Shown here: positions 1 through 10,340 of the stretch, piece by piece
Layout of the letters: every line of letters begins with the position of its first letter
How positions within the stretch are numbered: position 1 is the stretch's first letter
Assembly: GCA_964621445.1 (NCBI GenBank)
Contig: CAZUNO010000005.1
Coordinates: 1-57,237 of the forward strand
Source: Candidatus Hadarchaeota archaeon
Lineage (GTDB): Archaea > CAYQAE01 > CAYVLA01
Reading direction: 5' to 3'
DNA: 57,237 bases
Program-made: the position numbers and the translations under genes
Notes under the pieces: model-generated
Told to the model about the DNA's origin: nothing
Database searches by the model: none
Seen by the model: only the letters and a program-made list of their open reading frames with translations

Positions 1-63
1 ACCAGGAAACCCCTGTTAGCCTTGTAGGCCGGAGGATCCCTGGACTTCCGATCACCTTCCCCT

Positions 64-2091
64 TCAGGCTTCCTCTGGGACAGCTTCTTCGCCTCCCTTC
101 TTGCCCTTGTTCTTCATGATCCTGTCCAGCACCTTGTCCGGCGACTTGTAGTACTCGGCTATCAGCTCCCCCACCCTCTTGAAATCGAATATCTTCTCCT
201 GTCTCATCCAGTCTATGAACAGGGCCCGCCTGGTTATCTCGTCCCAGACCTCCTTCTCGTCCATTCCCCGTAGGTGGGCGATCTTGCTGATCAGGGTGCT
301 CTCACGGGCCACGAACTCGTGGGTATCGGTCTTGGGGTTCCAACGGAAGAGCTGCCTGGTAACCGGCTTCTCGCTCTTCTCGTCAACGGTAACGATCTCG
401 GTAACGTTAAGGGTTCTCCTGAGCTTCCTTCCCCCTGTCATTATCACTCCCTGGACCATCAGGGTGTCCAGGTGGGAAAGTAGGCTTGGCGGAAGGTTTA
501 TGGGCCTGGTCACCAGCCTGTGCAGCAGAGAGGTGACCGAATCGGCGTGTATGGTCCCCAGGGAGGGGTGACCGGTGGCCATCCCCTGGAACATGACGTA
601 GGCCTCCTCTCCTCGGACCTCTCCCACCACCATGTAGTCGGGTCGCTGTCTCAAGGCGGCCCTCAGGAGGTCGAACATGCTTACCTCTCCCTTCTTCTTG
701 CCGGTGGAATCGGCGGGACCGAATCCCGTCCTGGCCACCGCTGGTAGCCAGTGTTCCATGGGCAGCTTGAGCTCCTGGGTATCCTCGATGGTTACCACCT
801 TCGACTCCGGCGGTATGAACATGGCCAGGGCGTTGAGCATCGAGGTCTTCCCGGAGGCCGTGGCGCCCGAGACCAGAAGGGAGGCGGTGTACTTGTGCTG
901 GAGAGCCATCCACAGCAGGGCGAGCACGGTGGGAGAACAGGTGTTCCAGTCCGCCATGTGCACCGGGGTAAGGGGTTCCTCACGGAATCTCCTTATGGTG
1001 AAGGTCCCTCCATGCATGGTGACCTCGGAACCGAAGGTGGCGTTTACCCTGCTCCCATCGGGCAGCCGGCCGTCCAGAACGGGGTCGGCCACCGAAATGT
1101 CCATGTTACACTTCTGGGCTATCCTGAGTACGGTCTCGTCCAGCTCGGATGCGGTCTGATAACTTACATTGGTTCTAAGCGAGCCGTGTCTATTGTGATA
1201 TATGTAGATGGGAACCTTGATACCGTCACAGCTTATGTCCTCTATCGAGGGATCGTGGAAGAAGGGCTCTATCTTTCCCAGGCCCAACATATCACGCTTT
1301 AGGTAGTAGGAGAACTTCTGCCTCTGGGACTTATCGGTGGATATCCTTAGCTCGTCCAGTATCTCCTCCACCTTATCGTCGAAGTACTCCTCGGCCTTTC
1401 CCAGCTCGGTCAGGGAATAGAAATCGGACTCGATCTCCTCCTCAACGATGTTCTTGATCTTCTCCAGGACCTCGCTCTCCTTATCATCGAGGTCGGGCTC
1501 AACAACCGAGTATATGGCCTCCCGGTCCTGCTCATCCCAGTGGATGTTCACCTTTGAGTAGGGATTCTGGAGCCAGTACTCCTTGTGGATTCCCGGCAGG
1601 TCGCTGTCCTTCCACTTACTGGGTATGGACAGGAACTCCTCCGGTATCTGGGTGTCGAAGTGGGCCCCGCTGACCGCCTCCGCGGACAGGAACTTGAGTG
1701 GGCCCGACTCGCCCACGGTAACTCCGACCTTCTTCCTGACCGAGGAGTCGTCCAGTTCCTCGACCTCGAGGTCCTGATCCGCTACCTTGGCATACTCGTG
1801 GGTTGGCATGGCCGCCAGGTCCAGCAGTCCCTCAGCGGTCCCAGAATCGTCCTTTCCCTTCCGTTTGGGCTTTTCCTCCTGCTCCTGATCCTTCTTCGCC
1901 TTCTCGGAATCTCCTTCCCGCTCCTCCTTCTCCCGCATCTCGAGCCTTCTCCGGGCAGAGGCGGGCACATATCTCAGGAACGCCTTCTTCTCGATATCCT
2001 CGGGCGAGCTAGCCTCGGGGAGCTTGCCCAGGGCCTTCTTCATCCTCTTCAGAAACTTACTGTTAACCTTCCTGGCTTTCTTCTTGGCCAA
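64..2091 (-). CDS. Type II/IV secretion system ATPase (VirB11/FlaI/PilB-like) with a long charged N-terminal extension
   Basis: Walker A GATASGKT, Asp box TIEDTQEL, Walker B LRQRPDYMVVGEVRG, His box TGHPSLGTIHA, DISCDG and RLPDGSRV motifs; TTG start. Confidence 0.93.
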   Translation of the reverse strand: MAKKKARKVNSKFLKRMKKALGKLPEASSPEDIEKKAFLRYVPASARRRLEMREKEEREGDSEKAKKDQEQEEKPKRKGKDDSGTAEGLLDLAAMPTHEYAKVADQDLEVEELDDSSVRKKVGVTVGESGPLKFLSAEAVSGAHFDTQIPEEFLSIPSKWKDSDLPGIHKEYWLQNPYSKVNIHWDEQDREAIYSVVEPDLDDKESEVLEKIKNIVEEEIESDFYSLTELGKAEEYFDDKVEEILDELRISTDKSQRQKFSYYLKRDMLGLGKIEPFFHDPSIEDISCDGIKVPIYIYHNRHGSLRTNVSYQTASELDETVLRIAQKCNMDISVADPVLDGRLPDGSRVNATFGSEVTMHGGTFTIRRFREEPLTPVHMADWNTCSPTVLALLWMALQHKYTASLLVSGATASGKTSMLNALAMFIPPESKVVTIEDTQELKLPMEHWLPAVARTGFGPADSTGKKKGEVSMFDLLRAALRQRPDYMVVGEVRGEEAYVMFQGMATGHPSLGTIHADSVTSLLHRLVTRPINLPPSLLSHLDTLMVQGVIMTGGRKLRRTLNVTEIVTVDEKSEKPVTRQLFRWNPKTDTHEFVARESTLISKIAHLRGMDEKEVWDEITRRALFIDWMRQEKIFDFKRVGELIAEYYKSPDKVLDRIMKNKGKKGGEEAVPEEA

Positions 2092-2135
2092 GCCAATTCA
2101 CATCCTCTATCTCTGTTTACGAGTTCCGTACACCA

Positions 2136-2462
2136 TCACGCTTCTTCTTCAGCCACGAGATCCGTCTCTCCCAGGATGTCCTCCGGTCCTTCCTCGGCCA
2201 ACGCGGCCCCGAACTTGGGCATCCTGGCCGGGAGGTTGTCCAGGAGAGACAACATTTCATCCAGCTTGGTGTTCATCTGCTTCAGTTCCTGACCAACTTC
2301 CTGGTTCAGGTTCCTGGTCGCTTCCAGGATATCCTTGAGGGAGGCCTGTTCCTCTTCCTCTTCCTCCTCCTCAACCGTGGATACCTGCTCGAAGACGGCG
2401 ACTAGGTCGTCTATCTTCGAGATCAGCATCTGGATCTCTCTGCTAGTGGATTCATCCATCAC
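2136..2462 (-). CDS. Small acidic coiled-coil protein of unknown function
   Basis: 108-aa ORF preceded by GGAGGAG SD, co-oriented between the giant surface protein and the ATPase; heptad-like pattern and poly-Glu tract. Confidence 0.8.
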   Translation of the reverse strand: MMDESTSREIQMLISKIDDLVAVFEQVSTVEEEEEEEEQASLKDILEATRNLNQEVGQELKQMNTKLDEMLSLLDNLPARMPKFGAALAEEGPEDILGETDLVAEEEA

Positions 2463-2528
2463 TTCTCTCCTCCTTCTTCTCTCAATTCAACCCATCTCTT
2501 CCATGAATGTGGTCCTTTCATATTCATC

Positions 2529-5500
2529 TCACTCCGCGCTCTCCGTCTCCATCTCCGGTTTCTCGGGCTCCTCCTCGGGCATTTCCTGGCCCTCGGGCTC
2601 GTCAACCAGCGATTCGGATTCCTCCTCTTCCTCCTCTTCCTCTTCCTGGGCTCTCTTAGCCTTCCCGGCTGAAACCCGGGTGGAACTATTTATCTTAATA
2701 TTCTTGGGCAAACGGCCCTTCTTCCTGGCCGCTACCACCGCCAGGGACAGCAGGGTCACGATGTCGGAGATCCCCAGCTTGAAGCCCTGAACCAGGAAGG
2801 TGGGGGGCACCACCTCGGAGCTCTTCACCCTATTCTGGATCATGTCGGCTACCAGCATGTAGGCATCCCTGACCACCCCCAGGTTCTTGAAATCCTGGCC
2901 GGGTACTAGCCTGGACTGGGGATGGGAGATGATGAAGGTGGTCTTGTCCGCCTTCTCCACCCCGGACCCGTCGGCCTTTGAGAGGTACTGTGACAGTAGA
3001 TGAGAGAGCTCGGCCAGGCTCAGCTTTCCTGATTTGAAGGGTATGAGCGGCGGCACGACGCCGGTGGCCTCCACCTGGGTCACCACCGAGCTGGCCAGTG
3101 AACCCAGCTGGTGGCCCTTGATCTTCTCCGCCACCCGGGTCTCGTAATAGTAAACTCCCGCAACCACCCCGGCAACGGCGGCCCACAGCAGGAAGGGCAT
3201 TATGAGCTTGATCAGCTTCTCCCCCACCTTGACGCCCACGGGGTCGGGTATCAGATTATAGGAGCTCCCTATGCCGTCTATATAGGTTACCCCGGGCACA
3301 ACCGAGAACTCGCCCTTCTCCTTGACCTTACCGCTTATGGTCACCTTGGACTCTGAAAGGGGAGCCACGCTCTGGGCCAGTAACACGCTATCCCCATTCA
3401 GGGCGCCTCCCTCTACCGAGATCTCCTCCATCCATTTTTTGATGTCTCCCACATCTATGGTAACCTGGCTGGCGGGGTAGGTGCCGTCATTGGCGATGGT
3501 GAACACCATCTGATAGGTTCTACCTAGCCGCGTCTTTTCCTCGGCCTCCACGCCTCTGATGGTCACCTTTGGCCTCTCGATGGTTAGGTTCAGGCGCTCT
3601 ACGGGCCTGGTGTGCTGGTACTCCCTGAAATCGGTAAATATGACCGAGAGATTGATCCCCGATATGGTGCGCCCCACGCTCTGGCCAAGTTGGACACCTT
3701 TGAACTCCACCGAGAGGTTCCCCACACCCCCCTCCGGAAGGACATCGATAACGTGAATGGCCTTGACCTCCACATCCTCGGGACACTCGACCTCGGGGGT
3801 AAGGGAGAACAGGGCGGCGTCCCCCACGTTCTTGACGCTTAGGTTAACGTACCCGGGTTCCTCGGGCATTAATCGGTAGTGATTGTTGGATATGTCGGTT
3901 GAGAGGCCTATGTTGGGTGGCCTAGCAAATATCTCAACCGTCCTGCTTATGGAATACTCGTTCTCGGATCCATCAATATAATTAAGGTCGAGCCCTATGG
4001 GCACGTTTCCGGGAATGGTCACGTCCCGCAGCAACCTCAGGTGGAGCTGTATGTCGATGGATGATCCGGCGGACAGTCCCCCGGAGAGCGTTTCCTCGAC
4101 CTCCTCCGGGTTTAGCAGCTCCCAGCCATCTAGCAGCTCCCCTGAGCCCAAACCCTCAAGCTCCAGTTCCGGCGTCTTGCCGTTCCCCACGTTCTTCACC
4201 GGGATTCCCAGGAGCACGGTATCGTTATATGTAATAGATTCCACGGGATCCTGACTCATCTCACCGTTCCATACCAGATAGGGCCTGGTGCCAACTCCAT
4301 TGACCTTCTCCAGTCCCTGGGAATAGGAAATGTAGTCGTGGCTCTCCCCATCGATGTAGTCAACCCTGGCCTTATCGAAGGAATACTCGCCCTCATCGAA
4401 ACACCAGACCGGGTAGGTAAAACTAACCGATTCGCCCGGCTCCAGGACCAGGTCCCCGCCCCAGGTTATCTCCGAGCTTCCCAGGTCCTCGGAGGTGTAT
4501 AGTCCTTCCGGGAGCTCCTCGGTGATGTTCACCTGGCTTGCCGATATATCCGCTGAATTAGTAACCCTGATAGTAACGTTCTCCATTATCATCTCCGAGT
4601 ACGGCCATCCAGGCTCGCGAACCAGGAGCACCGGTGATGTAATTGACCTCTCCACCCTGAGATAGGGCTCGGCCACCGATAGCACTATGTGTTCCCCGTC
4701 CCTCGGGGTGGTGGTCTGACCACGATAGCTTCGGTACTGGACGCTGGTCGCGAAGCCCTGGTAGGACTGGTATACCTTGCCCTCCGGCGGGAAAACGGGC
4801 TCGAACTCGACAACCATCTTCCCGCTCTGACCCTCACGGAGCAGATCGATGCCCAGCCAGCTGGACATGGCAACCCCGTCCGGGGTATCCACGGAGGGAA
4901 CTAGGTCCTCCAGGTCGGTGTCACCGACGTTGGTAACCGTTATCTCCAGCACCGGTTGGTCTCCGGGCGAGACGTGGTCCCTGCTGAATGATTTGTTAAA
5001 GGAAACCATAACCTGGGTGGATCTGGCCTCCAGCCGGGATCCCATTACCAGGGAGTAGTCCCTGCCCTCCAGGTCGGAGTAGCTAACCGGGACATCCAGG
5101 TCGTAGTCCTGGCTGGACTCCACATCCTCCAGAACGGAGAACGTAAGTGAGATGGTAAGCGGGTCACCGGGGCCTATACCCCCGGCGATCGTCTCCTCGA
5201 CCTGGTCCTCGTTAAGCATGACGAAATCCATCTCTCCCACCTGGCCTTCCATCCAGGGACCAAGATCAATATCGGTGGCGTTCTGGTTACCGATATTCCT
5301 CACCCTAACCTGGAAGGTAACCGTGTCGTTGTAGGACACAGGTCCCTGCAGCGGAGCGCCTCCCTCATCCAGAACCAGTACCGGTTCCTCCTGGACCAGG
5401 AAGGGCCTGTTGCCGAGGACCCATACATCCAACTGTTCGGAGTGGGACTCGAAGGGGTTCTTCTGGGGATTGGTGTAGGTGGCCACCGCCCCTTCGTAAA

Positions 5501-8500
5501 CGTAGTGACCCGGGGTATGGCTCCACACGGGGTAGGTTAATCTGAGGGTTTCATTTGGTGCCAGACTTATGTCTCCGGACTCGCCCCACACGATGAGGTT
5601 TGAGCCAAAGGTAAGGTTATCGAAACTGATGATTCCCTCGGGCAGGGTCTCCGAAACCACCAGATTGGTGGCCTGGTCGTTTCCGATATTGGTTAGATCC
5701 AGGGTGACGGTGCTTCTTATCTCCGAGCTCCGGGGCCAGAACTCCTCCCTGGCCAGCAGGTACTCACAATCAATCCTCCTCTCGATCTCCACGTGGGGAG
5801 AGAGCACCTCTATGGATATGGAGTATTCGACGTCGGGTATATCCATGCCGGAGGCGGTTGCGGTTAGGGTATTGACACCGAAGTCCTTCCCGCTTATCAC
5901 GATGTTGACGATCTCGCTCTGCTGACCGTCCAGGGTCCCGTCCCATATCAGGTAGGTTCCCCACTCCAGTTTCAGGCCCTGGCTTAGTTCCAGGATCACC
6001 TGCGTGTTCTGGACCGGGCTGTTACCTATATTCCTTATGGAGATGGAAAGGGTCTCCGTCTCCCCCACCGCTATCTCCGAAGGGGGATCGATGAACTGTA
6101 CAACCACCGGGGAGAGATAGGTCTGGGCCAGTATGTAGTTGGAGTACACCTCGTATACATTGCCCAGGAAGGCGTGCTGGTCCTGGTGGGTTATCTTGGC
6201 CTGGAAGGGATACCTTCCCTCGTTGGTGGCCACCAGGGTGGCCGTGAAGGAGAAGTACTGCCCGACCTCCACACTAGTTCCCTCCGGGAAGTCGGTGCTC
6301 TCGACCAGGAACCCGGGGAAGGTCAGGGATATATTCTTGGCATCCCGGTTCCCCTCGTTCTTGACCGTGGCCGTTATCTGGACCTTTTCCCCCACGTTAA
6401 TGAAGATCATGTCCTGGCCCTCTTTCTCCACTATGGGCCGGTCGGCCTCGAAGGAGGTGAAGTCCAGGTGGGGACCAAGGGCCGTGAAGTAGAAGTCCTC
6501 GGTGTGTAGGGTGTAGGCGTCGTTTCGAACCCCTGACTTGTGGCAAACCCCCTTCCAGTACACGGTTACGAACCCGTATGAGGCCTCCCCGGGGTTAGTT
6601 ATGGTGGTGGGTTTCACCGAGTAGGTGATGGAAACCTTGTTGCTGGAGCCGGGCTTTATATCCCCGGTCCAAGTCTCGAAATCGGATATCAGGTTAGGAG
6701 GCGTGTTGTCAACCACGGTAACGTTAAGGGCCGGGGAACCACCTACGTTCTCAACCCCGATGGAGGCCTGGGAGTCCTTTCCTATGAATAACGGGTCCCG
6801 GCTGAGTGACTTGGTCACCTCCAGTTCGGACCTTGAGGGGTATATCAGGAACTGCACCGGCTTCCTGACCTCGTGTTCCTGGCCGTGGGCATCCGTGTAA
6901 CTGAGAAGCAGGTCATAGGTCGCGGCCTCCCTCACGTCTATGTCCGAGGAGAAGTTTAGGTAGAAAGGCCTCTCCAGGGTGCCCTGGGTCAGGTAGTACC
7001 TCACGCTCTCCCCGCCGACAACCTTCTCCCTGTAAACAGGTCCCCGGGAGGAGGTGAGCTCCCCCTCCTCTACGACCAGATACACGATACCGGTGACGTT
7101 GGTGGCGGTGAGCTGGATGTCGTAGGCCCTGGACCCGGCGGTGTTTTTGGCGGTTACCACCTGGGTCAGATCATCGTCGGCATATATGTTATAGACTATC
7201 TGGCCCTCATCCAGGCCCGAGGGACTCCCGGTGGGGACATCGCTGACTACTTCAAAAACCGGGGGCTGGAACTTGTATATCCTGAGATCGGCCCCGAACT
7301 TCAGCAGCTCCTCATCTAGCTGTTGTGGGCCTTTAAGAAAGATCTGGATATCCCGGTTCTCGCCCAAAAACAGCTCCTGGAACTGGTTGGTGGAGGTAAA
7401 GGTCTTGGTGGCGGTCTGGTAACCGGTCTGGGCGGTGACGTTGACCTGCCAGTTGCCTCCCTCCTGATCCTGGAAGGTGTAGGGCCTTCCCTCCTGGACC
7501 TTTCTAATATAGGTATAGACCGAGTAGCCCTCGAAAACCAGCCTCTGCCTGGGGTTTATCTCTATCTCAGCATATGGCTCGCTAGGGTCATAGGTTATGT
7601 ACTTGAGGTTGAAATCGTAGGCAACCCCGTCCTTGGTCTCCTGGTCAATTATGATGGCATTGCTTTTCTGCTGGAGGGATATATCCTGCAGGTGGACCCG
7701 GCTCCCGTTCCTGTTCAGGGTCACGTTCCCGGTTAGCACCCCGGTCTCGCTGAGCATGAAGTTGAACTGGTACCCCTGGTATTCGAGGCTGTCCCTGGAT
7801 ATGGTCATCCGGTACCTGTGCAGGGAATCGACCTGCATGTAGCTTGAATCCAGGACCGTGCCGCTGAACCTGTTCTTGAAGGAGGCCACGAAGGAACGCA
7901 TGTGACCGTTCTCGTAGTCGAGCGTGGAGGCATGGTTCTGGTTGGCCGAGTCATCGGTGGCATTGATGTAGTACCTGACCGCGGTGTCGGTAACGAAGGG
8001 GCCCACTATCACCTCGTAGAGCCCGGTGACGTTGTTCAGGCCCATCTCCCTGCTCGACCAGGACCCGTTATCGTCCAGGTGGAGGGTAACCGAGTCCACT
8101 CCGCTGGGGTCGCTCACCGAGGCCCTGATCACCATGTGGTCCTCGCTCTCGGTGTACAGAGGGATGGCCTCGGGCTCGATTTCCGGGGCCTCCACGTCCT
8201 CCTTCTTCACGATTATGGTGGTATTATCATAGACCTCTGCCCCCCAGTTGAGGTGTTCATCGAAGGCGGTGATGTTCAGTATGCTTACCCTTAGCTCCTC
8301 TCTCTGCCCGATATCGTTATTGACGTAAAGCCACTGGTAGTTATATCCCTCGGTGCCCTGTATATCCTCCACGAAGACCTGGCCGTCCACCTCGTAGGCT
8401 ATCTCCGCGGTCTCGATCTCGCTTACGTCGAAGATATCCGCCTCGATCACCACCTCCACACCCTCGAAGGTGATAACCGGGAACTCCGTGGTCAGGTTTA

Positions 8501-8591
8501 TGGTCGGGGCGTCCTCATCCGCCGCAAGGATAGGGGCAAGGAGAAGTAAGAGGGCTAGTGATATTATAGCCAATTGAATTTCAGGCTTCAT
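2529..8591 (-). CDS. Giant (2020 aa) membrane-anchored surface protein with tandem Ig-like (CARDB/DUF11-type) domains
   Basis: Signal peptide MKPEIQLAIISLALLLLLAPILA; repeated xNxGxxxAxNVxV motifs; single TM (LIMPFLLWAAVAGVVAGVYYY) about 200 aa from the C-terminus; acidic tail. Confidence 0.88.
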   Translation of the reverse strand: MKPEIQLAIISLALLLLLAPILAADEDAPTINLTTEFPVITFEGVEVVIEADIFDVSEIETAEIAYEVDGQVFVEDIQGTEGYNYQWLYVNNDIGQREELRVSILNITAFDEHLNWGAEVYDNTTIIVKKEDVEAPEIEPEAIPLYTESEDHMVIRASVSDPSGVDSVTLHLDDNGSWSSREMGLNNVTGLYEVIVGPFVTDTAVRYYINATDDSANQNHASTLDYENGHMRSFVASFKNRFSGTVLDSSYMQVDSLHRYRMTISRDSLEYQGYQFNFMLSETGVLTGNVTLNRNGSRVHLQDISLQQKSNAIIIDQETKDGVAYDFNLKYITYDPSEPYAEIEINPRQRLVFEGYSVYTYIRKVQEGRPYTFQDQEGGNWQVNVTAQTGYQTATKTFTSTNQFQELFLGENRDIQIFLKGPQQLDEELLKFGADLRIYKFQPPVFEVVSDVPTGSPSGLDEGQIVYNIYADDDLTQVVTAKNTAGSRAYDIQLTATNVTGIVYLVVEEGELTSSRGPVYREKVVGGESVRYYLTQGTLERPFYLNFSSDIDVREAATYDLLLSYTDAHGQEHEVRKPVQFLIYPSRSELEVTKSLSRDPLFIGKDSQASIGVENVGGSPALNVTVVDNTPPNLISDFETWTGDIKPGSSNKVSITYSVKPTTITNPGEASYGFVTVYWKGVCHKSGVRNDAYTLHTEDFYFTALGPHLDFTSFEADRPIVEKEGQDMIFINVGEKVQITATVKNEGNRDAKNISLTFPGFLVESTDFPEGTSVEVGQYFSFTATLVATNEGRYPFQAKITHQDQHAFLGNVYEVYSNYILAQTYLSPVVVQFIDPPSEIAVGETETLSISIRNIGNSPVQNTQVILELSQGLKLEWGTYLIWDGTLDGQQSEIVNIVISGKDFGVNTLTATASGMDIPDVEYSISIEVLSPHVEIERRIDCEYLLAREEFWPRSSEIRSTVTLDLTNIGNDQATNLVVSETLPEGIISFDNLTFGSNLIVWGESGDISLAPNETLRLTYPVWSHTPGHYVYEGAVATYTNPQKNPFESHSEQLDVWVLGNRPFLVQEEPVLVLDEGGAPLQGPVSYNDTVTFQVRVRNIGNQNATDIDLGPWMEGQVGEMDFVMLNEDQVEETIAGGIGPGDPLTISLTFSVLEDVESSQDYDLDVPVSYSDLEGRDYSLVMGSRLEARSTQVMVSFNKSFSRDHVSPGDQPVLEITVTNVGDTDLEDLVPSVDTPDGVAMSSWLGIDLLREGQSGKMVVEFEPVFPPEGKVYQSYQGFATSVQYRSYRGQTTTPRDGEHIVLSVAEPYLRVERSITSPVLLVREPGWPYSEMIMENVTIRVTNSADISASQVNITEELPEGLYTSEDLGSSEITWGGDLVLEPGESVSFTYPVWCFDEGEYSFDKARVDYIDGESHDYISYSQGLEKVNGVGTRPYLVWNGEMSQDPVESITYNDTVLLGIPVKNVGNGKTPELELEGLGSGELLDGWELLNPEEVEETLSGGLSAGSSIDIQLHLRLLRDVTIPGNVPIGLDLNYIDGSENEYSISRTVEIFARPPNIGLSTDISNNHYRLMPEEPGYVNLSVKNVGDAALFSLTPEVECPEDVEVKAIHVIDVLPEGGVGNLSVEFKGVQLGQSVGRTISGINLSVIFTDFREYQHTRPVERLNLTIERPKVTIRGVEAEEKTRLGRTYQMVFTIANDGTYPASQVTIDVGDIKKWMEEISVEGGALNGDSVLLAQSVAPLSESKVTISGKVKEKGEFSVVPGVTYIDGIGSSYNLIPDPVGVKVGEKLIKLIMPFLLWAAVAGVVAGVYYYETRVAEKIKGHQLGSLASSVVTQVEATGVVPPLIPFKSGKLSLAELSHLLSQYLSKADGSGVEKADKTTFIISHPQSRLVPGQDFKNLGVVRDAYMLVADMIQNRVKSSEVVPPTFLVQGFKLGISDIVTLLSLAVVAARKKGRLPKNIKINSSTRVSAGKAKRAQEEEEEEEEESESLVDEPEGQEMPEEEPEKPEMETESAE

Positions 8592-8650
8592 TTCCGGAAA
8601 TACACCTCAAAGCCTTTGCGCTGAAAGCTTTAATTTTCATTTTATCGTCC

Positions 8651-8670
8651 ATTATTATAAATATATTTTC
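8651..8670 (-). promoter_or_regulatory. Putative archaeal BRE/TATA promoter of the surface protein-ATPase operon
   Basis: Minus strand GAAAATATATTTATAATAAT in an AT-rich gap about 65 nt upstream of the ATG. Confidence 0.5.
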
Positions 8671-8724
8671 CAACTATGTCCAAATACTTGAACTTTCTAT
8701 AATATGTAAACACAATTTTTGGTA

Positions 8725-9405
8725 TTAGGCCTCTTTCACTAGGTTTAATTTATTGTTTCTGCAGGAATAGAGCGAGACCATTCCCCCGAAAAAAGACTCC
8801 CTGTCCTCCACCGATACCGCCCCGGTGCTCTCGATCAAGGCGCGGATGTCCCTATCTATATGGGTGTGACAGAAAATTCTGGATATGGGAACCAGAAGGG
8901 GGTACAGAATTCTGGCCAGTCTGCCCCTGGGCCTCTCGCTGTCCAGCACCACCAGCCTGGAGCCGTCGGTGCCGGTCCTGCTAAGTTCGGAGATGGCCAT
9001 TGATGGCCTGTTTACGGTGGTTAGTGAAAATATGCAGAGCATGGATCCAAGGGAATCCCGTTTTAGGGGTAGCCTGTTGACGTCCCCCACGATCACCGAG
9101 GCCCTGATACCGGCCTCGGCCGCCCTTGAACAGGCCTTGCGGACCATCTTCCTCGAGGCATCAATGAGCAATACCCGGCCTCGGAATCCCTTTTCCTCGA
9201 GAATGGGAAGCATGACCCCGGTTCCGCAGGCGGCGTCCAGCACCCAGCCTTTACTGGAATTCAGTTTCTCTACTGCCAGACCCCTCCATTTCCTCTCGCT
9301 TCCACCCAGGGGACCGATCCGATCGGCAAGGTCATAGAATGGCGACCAGAGATCGTAACGGCCGGCTATTTCCTCTGTGCTGGCCCGACCCTTCGTGCCC
9401 CTCAC
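8725..9405 (-). CDS. Class I SAM-dependent methyltransferase (UbiE/MenG-like)
   Basis: VLDAACGTG motif I, IDASRKM, GDVNRLP; start moved to GTG at 9405 because the longer ORF overlaps minD. Confidence 0.85.
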   Translation of the reverse strand: MRGTKGRASTEEIAGRYDLWSPFYDLADRIGPLGGSERKWRGLAVEKLNSSKGWVLDAACGTGVMLPILEEKGFRGRVLLIDASRKMVRKACSRAAEAGIRASVIVGDVNRLPLKRDSLGSMLCIFSLTTVNRPSMAISELSRTGTDGSRLVVLDSERPRGRLARILYPLLVPISRIFCHTHIDRDIRALIESTGAVSVEDRESFFGGMVSLYSCRNNKLNLVKEA

Positions 9406-9409
9406 CTCC

Positions 9410-10207
9410 CTAGATGCCGAGCATGGATCTAAGCTTCGACTTGCCCTTCCCGCCTGTGCCACCCAGGGCATCGGCCTTGACCTCCACTTCCTTCTGGTTT
9501 GATATCTTGCTGGCCAGCTTGATGTGGGCCTCGGCGGCCGGGCTATCCTTCTTCTTCATTACCACCGGGACCTTCAGGTTCGCGGATTTCTTTACCTCAT
9601 CGTCCTCGGGAATAACCGCCAGTATGTCCAGGTCCAACATCGAACCCACCTCATTGGATGAGATCTCGCTCTTGCTTTCGCCCGACCTGTTGATAACCAC
9701 GCCCTTTATGGGCACTTCCAGGCTCTGGGCCATTATCTTCATCCTCAAAGCATCGGCCAGGCAGGCGAGTTCGGGATTGACCACCATGATTATCTCGTCG
9801 GAAACGGAGAGGGGAATGCTGCTCTCCTTGGAAAGGCCCGAGGCGCAATCCAGGATGACCAGGTCAAACCTCTCGGACAGCTCATTTACGACCTCTCCCA
9901 GTCTCTTTGGATTGGCCCTGGAAAAACCGCTTAGCGAAAGACCGCTGGGAACTACATGTAAGCCCCCGGGACCATCGTAGAGGGCCTGGTCCAGTGACGC
10001 CTCACCGGCCAGAACCTCGTGAAGGGTTACCGGGCTTTTCTCCAGCCCCAGGTAGAGCGCCAGATCGGCCATGGCCAGGTCGGCGTCGACCACCGCAACC
10101 TCATCCCCGGCCAGGGACAGAGCCGTGCCCAGGTTGATGGTCAAGATCGTCTTACCGGTTCCTCCTTTTCCGGAGGTTATCGCCAATATTTTGGTTTGAT
10201 TACTCAT
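9410..10207 (-). CDS. minD: MinD/ParA family ATPase (archaeal MinD-like)
   Basis: Deviant Walker A SGKGGTGKT, VDADLAMADL, VILDCASG, C-terminal amphipathic KLRSMLGI. Confidence 0.9.
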   Translation of the reverse strand: MSNQTKILAITSGKGGTGKTILTINLGTALSLAGDEVAVVDADLAMADLALYLGLEKSPVTLHEVLAGEASLDQALYDGPGGLHVVPSGLSLSGFSRANPKRLGEVVNELSERFDLVILDCASGLSKESSIPLSVSDEIIMVVNPELACLADALRMKIMAQSLEVPIKGVVINRSGESKSEISSNEVGSMLDLDILAVIPEDDEVKKSANLKVPVVMKKKDSPAAEAHIKLASKISNQKEVEVKADALGGTGGKGKSKLRSMLGI

Positions 10208-10340
10208 AACGGTTCCCTTTCCTAAAATAATTTTAATTTAAGATCGAGCATTATTCTATAATTAGCGCATATATTGCTTATTTTAAGTTTTTTCTGGTTC
10301 GGGCTTAAACAGGTATCGATTTCGCAAAGATTTTCCAACA

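Noticed and set aside
1-60. Start of a downstream TadC/FlaJ-like gene
   Set aside because: An SD-like GGAAGGTGA is present, but under 20 codons are visible and the frame cannot be fixed
64-2091. Calling the ATPase the archaellum motor FlaI/ArlI
   Set aside because: No archaellins or arlCDEFG genes are adjacent; only the family-level call is supported
2345-2650. (TCC/TCT)n runs as tandem repeats or contingency loci
   Set aside because: They encode poly-Glu tracts with mixed GAG/GAA codons, not pure slippage repeats
179-8294. Many plus-strand ORFs of 60-235 aa opposite the large minus-strand genes, and similar cases throughout the window
   Set aside because: Antisense shadows typical of GC-rich coding DNA; Ser/Pro/Arg-rich with no recognisable motifs
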